Virus record (IMG/VR): IMGVR_UViG_3300035701_000011
Location: 1-64,000 of that record
DNA length: 64,000 bases
Origin: a virus
Strand: one strand, 5' to 3'
The notes under the pieces were generated by a model. That model saw only the letters and a program-made list of their open reading frames with translations. It was not told the origin of the DNA and made no database searches. This document shows positions 60,324 through 64,000 of the stretch, one piece after another (position 1 is the stretch's first letter; every line of letters starts with the position of its first letter). Position numbers and translations under genes: made by a program.

Positions 60324-61937
60324 ATGACACTTGGTGTGGCTATAATAGTTAAAAATGAAGAAAAAGTAATTGAACGAGCTTTATCTTCTTGCAAAGATAT
60401 AATTGATAAAATCATTATATGTGATACTGGGTCTACAGATTCTACTATTGAAAAGATTAGAAATTTTGCAGAAATTAATCATATACAATATGAAATTCAT
60501 TCAAGAGAATGGAAAAATTTTAGTTGGAATCGTACAGAATTATTAAAAATTGCTAAAGATAAAACCGATTATTTATTATTACTTGATGCAGATGAAATAG
60601 TTGTTATTTCTAAAGATTTTAATAAAGAAAAACTTAATGCCGATGCCTATTATTTACATTATATAGGTGAATTAGATTATGCTCAACTTCTTTTGATTAA
60701 CAACAGAATTAATTGGAATTATATAGGAGTAACTCATGAATATATAGAATCAAAAGAAGCCAATACTTATATAGATTTGAAAGAAATTAAAATGCAAGAT
60801 TTTTGTGATGGAACAAATCGTAAAGATAAATTTACAAGAGATATACAGTTATTACAACAAGGAATTATAGATGAACCAAGCAATAGTCGTTATCATTTCT
60901 ATTTAGGACAAAGTTATAAAGATTTAAAAAAATATGAAGAAGCCATAAATTATTATTTAAAAACTATAAAATTAAGTTATTGGGTTAAAGAAATTTTTTA
61001 TTCAAAATATCAAATTGGTAGATGCTTTGAAAATTTAGGAAAGACCGATGAAGCAAAAATTGCTTATTTAAAAGCATGGGAATTTAGACCTGGAAGAGCA
61101 GAACCATTATATCGTTTAGCAGTTTTATGCCGAAATAATAAAGAGTATTATCAGGCTTATTTATTTTGTAAAAGAGCATTAGAAATTTCTTATCCTACAG
61201 ACCATTTATTTTTGGAGAAATCAATATATGATTATTTATTAATATTCGAATTGAGTATAAATGCATATTATGTAGGTCGTTATACAGAATCCTTAGAACT
61301 TTGCAAAAAATTAATGAAAATGGAAAATATTCCCGAATCAATTCTAATGCAGAACAGAATTAATATCCAATTCAGCGAATTAAAATTATATGGTAGTATT
61401 CTTACTTCTACTTTTGATAGAGAATCTGCTTTAGAAAATTTAAAAGATGTTTATAATATTTGTAATAAGTTAAATATTCCTGTTTTTCCAAATGCAGGAA
61501 CTTTATTAGGAATTATTCGAGAAGGAGATTTTATCAGTCATGATGAAGATATAGATTTTGGAATAGAAATAAATAATTATTCTCCTCAATTAATAAAAGA
61601 ATTAGAAAATAATGGATTTAAATTTGAACATACTTTTGGAACCGTAGAATTAGGTTATGAATTAAGATTTACAAAAAGAGGAATACAAACTGAATTTTCT
61701 TTATTTTATAATAAAAAAGATTATATTTGTACCTATTGTTATAGTGATGATGGCAAAATTTATGAATTAAAATATAAAAAATTTAAATTAGAAAAGTTTA
61801 ATTTTAAAAATATAAAAATTAAAGTACCGAATAATCCCGAAGAATATTTAAGACAACAATATGGAGATGATTGGAGAGTTCCAAAAAAAGATTGGAATTA
61901 TCTGACTGACCCCAAAAATATAATATTGGAGAAATAA
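60324..61937 (+). CDS. GT2 glycosyltransferase-TPR-LicD fusion
   Basis: IVKNEE, DTGSTD, LDADE; TPR repeats; GTLLG..REG.FI.HD.DID. Confidence 0.85.
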   Translation: MTLGVAIIVKNEEKVIERALSSCKDIIDKIIICDTGSTDSTIEKIRNFAEINHIQYEIHSREWKNFSWNRTELLKIAKDKTDYLLLLDADEIVVISKDFNKEKLNADAYYLHYIGELDYAQLLLINNRINWNYIGVTHEYIESKEANTYIDLKEIKMQDFCDGTNRKDKFTRDIQLLQQGIIDEPSNSRYHFYLGQSYKDLKKYEEAINYYLKTIKLSYWVKEIFYSKYQIGRCFENLGKTDEAKIAYLKAWEFRPGRAEPLYRLAVLCRNNKEYYQAYLFCKRALEISYPTDHLFLEKSIYDYLLIFELSINAYYVGRYTESLELCKKLMKMENIPESILMQNRINIQFSELKLYGSILTSTFDRESALENLKDVYNICNKLNIPVFPNAGTLLGIIREGDFISHDEDIDFGIEINNYSPQLIKELENNGFKFEHTFGTVELGYELRFTKRGIQTEFSLFYNKKDYICTYCYSDDGKIYELKYKKFKLEKFNFKNIKIKVPNNPEEYLRQQYGDDWRVPKKDWNYLTDPKNIILEK

Positions 61938-61938
61938 A

Positions 61939-62475
61939 ATGTATTACTTTTGGTCTGATACTCATTTGGGTCATTGGAACATTGTAAAATATTGTAATAG
62001 ACCATTCAAAACATTGAAAGAAATGGATTCTACTTTAATTAAAAATTTCAATGATAGAGTAGATGAAAATGATGTCGTATTCTTTTTCGGAGATTTTTGT
62101 ATGAAAAAATCTTCTGAAGCTAGTGAAGCTCCACAAGATGCCTTTGATTATTATCGGAATCAGTTAAAATGCAAAAATATTATTTTTATTAAAGGAAATC
62201 ACGATAAAAATAATTCAACCAAAACTATAATTGAATCTGTTGTAATCGATTTTGGTGGAAGTCACATCTACATGACTCACGACCCTAAGTATGCCAAAGA
62301 AGACTTTCAATTTAATTATTGCGGTCATACACATGGAAAATTCGGAAAGTTCCGAAAATTAGGACATAAATCTGTTATTGTAGACCTTTCGGTAGAAAAT
62401 TGGGATTATAGACCTGTAAATATTAATGATATTAATCAAGCGTATTCGAAATGGATAAGGGGAAATAAAAAATGA
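61939..62475 (+). CDS. Calcineurin-like phosphoesterase
   Basis: SDTHLGH, GDF, GNHD, GHTH. Confidence 0.9.
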   Translation: MYYFWSDTHLGHWNIVKYCNRPFKTLKEMDSTLIKNFNDRVDENDVVFFFGDFCMKKSSEASEAPQDAFDYYRNQLKCKNIIFIKGNHDKNNSTKTIIESVVIDFGGSHIYMTHDPKYAKEDFQFNYCGHTHGKFGKFRKLGHKSVIVDLSVENWDYRPVNINDINQAYSKWIRGNKK

Positions 62476-62662
62476 AAAATCGAATTAATTGGGGAATTTT
62501 ATTGTGGGCTGCATTTTTAATTTTAATAACTTCTGATTGTAAAAATTTAAAATATTTGCCTAACTTAATAAAAGAATTACATAAACTATTTAAAAAAGGT
62601 TCTGGTTATACGGAAGATAGTGGATTTATCCTGATTCATAAAAGTAAAGTAAAGGATTTATA

Positions 62663-63463
62663 ATGAAGATTTTAATTACTGGAGCAGATGGATTTTTAGG
62701 TAAACAATTAATGTTTACTCTTTATCCTACCAATAATGTAGTAGATATTGATAAAGAAATAGATATTACTGAATATTCTAATTTACAACAAACTATACTT
62801 CATTATGCTCCGAATATTATTATTCATTGTGCTGGAATTGTTGACCCAGCCATTTGTGAAGAAAATAAAGAATTGGCATATAAAGTAAATATAATTGGAA
62901 CTGCTAATTTAATACAAATTTGTAAAGAATTGAATATTAAATTAATTTTTATATCTACCGATTGCATTTTTTCGGGAATAAAAGAAGAATATTATGAAAA
63001 TGATATTCCCGACCCAATTAATTATTATGGTTGGACTAAATATTGTGGAGAAAATTTAGTTAAAACTTTAGATAACTATTTAATTCTTAGACTTTCTTGG
63101 CTTTATGGAAAAGATTCTAAATTTATAAAACAAATATTAAACTGTAATTCTCCAATTTATTTAGACCATAATCAAATTCGCTATCCTCTTTTAGTAGACG
63201 ATTTGACTTATATAATTTCTGATTTAATCAATGATAATAGCAAAAGAATATATCATATTAGAGGACAAGAAGGAGTTACTAAATTTTATCTAGCTCATTT
63301 AATCTCTGAAAAATTTAATTTAAAAAATTCTTATAATTTTTTAGAAGAAAAAGATGATTCTTACCTTAGACCAAATATTAAATTCAATTATAATTATTTT
63401 AGTCAGATTCATAGTTTAATTGATGGACTAGAAATAATTAAACATCAATCGGAGAATAGATGA
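62663..63463 (+). CDS. dTDP-4-dehydrorhamnose reductase-like (RmlD) SDR
   Basis: ITGADGFLG, ISTD.IF.G, P.NYYG.TK. Confidence 0.88.
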   Translation: MKILITGADGFLGKQLMFTLYPTNNVVDIDKEIDITEYSNLQQTILHYAPNIIIHCAGIVDPAICEENKELAYKVNIIGTANLIQICKELNIKLIFISTDCIFSGIKEEYYENDIPDPINYYGWTKYCGENLVKTLDNYLILRLSWLYGKDSKFIKQILNCNSPIYLDHNQIRYPLLVDDLTYIISDLINDNSKRIYHIRGQEGVTKFYLAHLISEKFNLKNSYNFLEEKDDSYLRPNIKFNYNYFSQIHSLIDGLEIIKHQSENR

Positions 63464-64000
63464 AAGTAATAATTTTGGCTGCTGGACAGGGTACTCGTTT
63501 AGGACAATTAGGAGAAAAAATTCCAAAATGTTTATTGCCTTTAAATGGAAGTACTTTGCTGGAACAATCGATACAAACATTAAAAAAACTAAATTTAACT
63601 GACATTACTGTAATTATTGGATATATGGCAGAAAAAATACAAATTGTTTGTCATGAGGTTAAAACAGTAATTAATTCAGAATATTCTACTTCTCAACCTC
63701 CATATTCTGCAAGATTAGGAATTATATCTAATGGTTTTTTAGAAGATGATTATTTAATAATTGATGGAGATTTAATATTTGATTCTTCAATTATTGAAAA
63801 TTTGATTAATAATTATGTTAATAAATCTGTTTTAGTAACTTATACTGCATTAACTCCACTTGAAGCAGGGAGTCGTATTGAAGAAGACAATAACAAAATA
63901 AAATCCATTGGAAGATACATTTCTCCTACTTTTCCTTTTCAAATTCATGCAGGAATAACTAGAATTACAAAAAACGATTCTAAACAATACATTGAATTAA
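63460..64000 (+). CDS. Sugar/choline-phosphate nucleotidyltransferase, truncated by window edge
   Basis: MKVIILAAGQGTRL...PKCLL; frame open to the end. Confidence 0.88.
   Translation, partial: MKVIILAAGQGTRLGQLGEKIPKCLLPLNGSTLLEQSIQTLKKLNLTDITVIIGYMAEKIQIVCHEVKTVINSEYSTSQPPYSARLGIISNGFLEDDYLIIDGDLIFDSSIIENLINNYVNKSVLVTYTALTPLEAGSRIEEDNNKIKSIGRYISPTFPFQIHAGITRITKNDSKQYIEL

Noticed and set aside
4750-60330. Numerous short minus-strand ORFs in the ORF track
   Set aside because: Antisense shadows of well-supported plus-strand genes
1-64000. Stop-codon reassignment
   Set aside because: Long conserved genes are intact in the standard code, and TAG and TGA act as stops at tightly coupled gene junctions

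Overview
A very AT-rich 64-kb segment of a large tailed bacteriophage (standard genetic code; no rRNA, tRNA or CRISPR array seen). From left to right: (1) the start of a minus-strand structural operon (collagen-repeat fibre, BppU-like protein); (2) a ~2.5-kb mostly non-coding divergent control region with hairpins, repeats and one PD-(D/E)XK nuclease; (3) a ~3-16 kb early region of small ORFs behind near-consensus sigma70 promoters; (4) a long plus-strand replication/recombination/host-takeover block. That block holds RuvB-like ATPase, tyrosine recombinase, RNA ligase, sigma factor, bS21, 5'-3' exonuclease, primase-helicase, RecA, terminase, PolB, two PAPS-reductase-family genes, RuvC-like, SSB, SbcCD, several peptidases, a BT1 transporter and sugar/LicD enzymes, with seven free-standing HNH genes. 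Three observations stand out. (a) A candidate phage ubiquitin-like conjugation module: a 65-aa protein ending LIGG, a ThiF/E1 enzyme and a 552-aa Cys-containing partner. (b) A strongly strand-biased GCCGGG/GCCGAG motif confined to the early region. (c) Two core genes (SbcC/Rad50 and PolB) apparently split into two ORFs by intron-less HNH insertions. All family assignments come from motif recognition by eye; no database searches were run.
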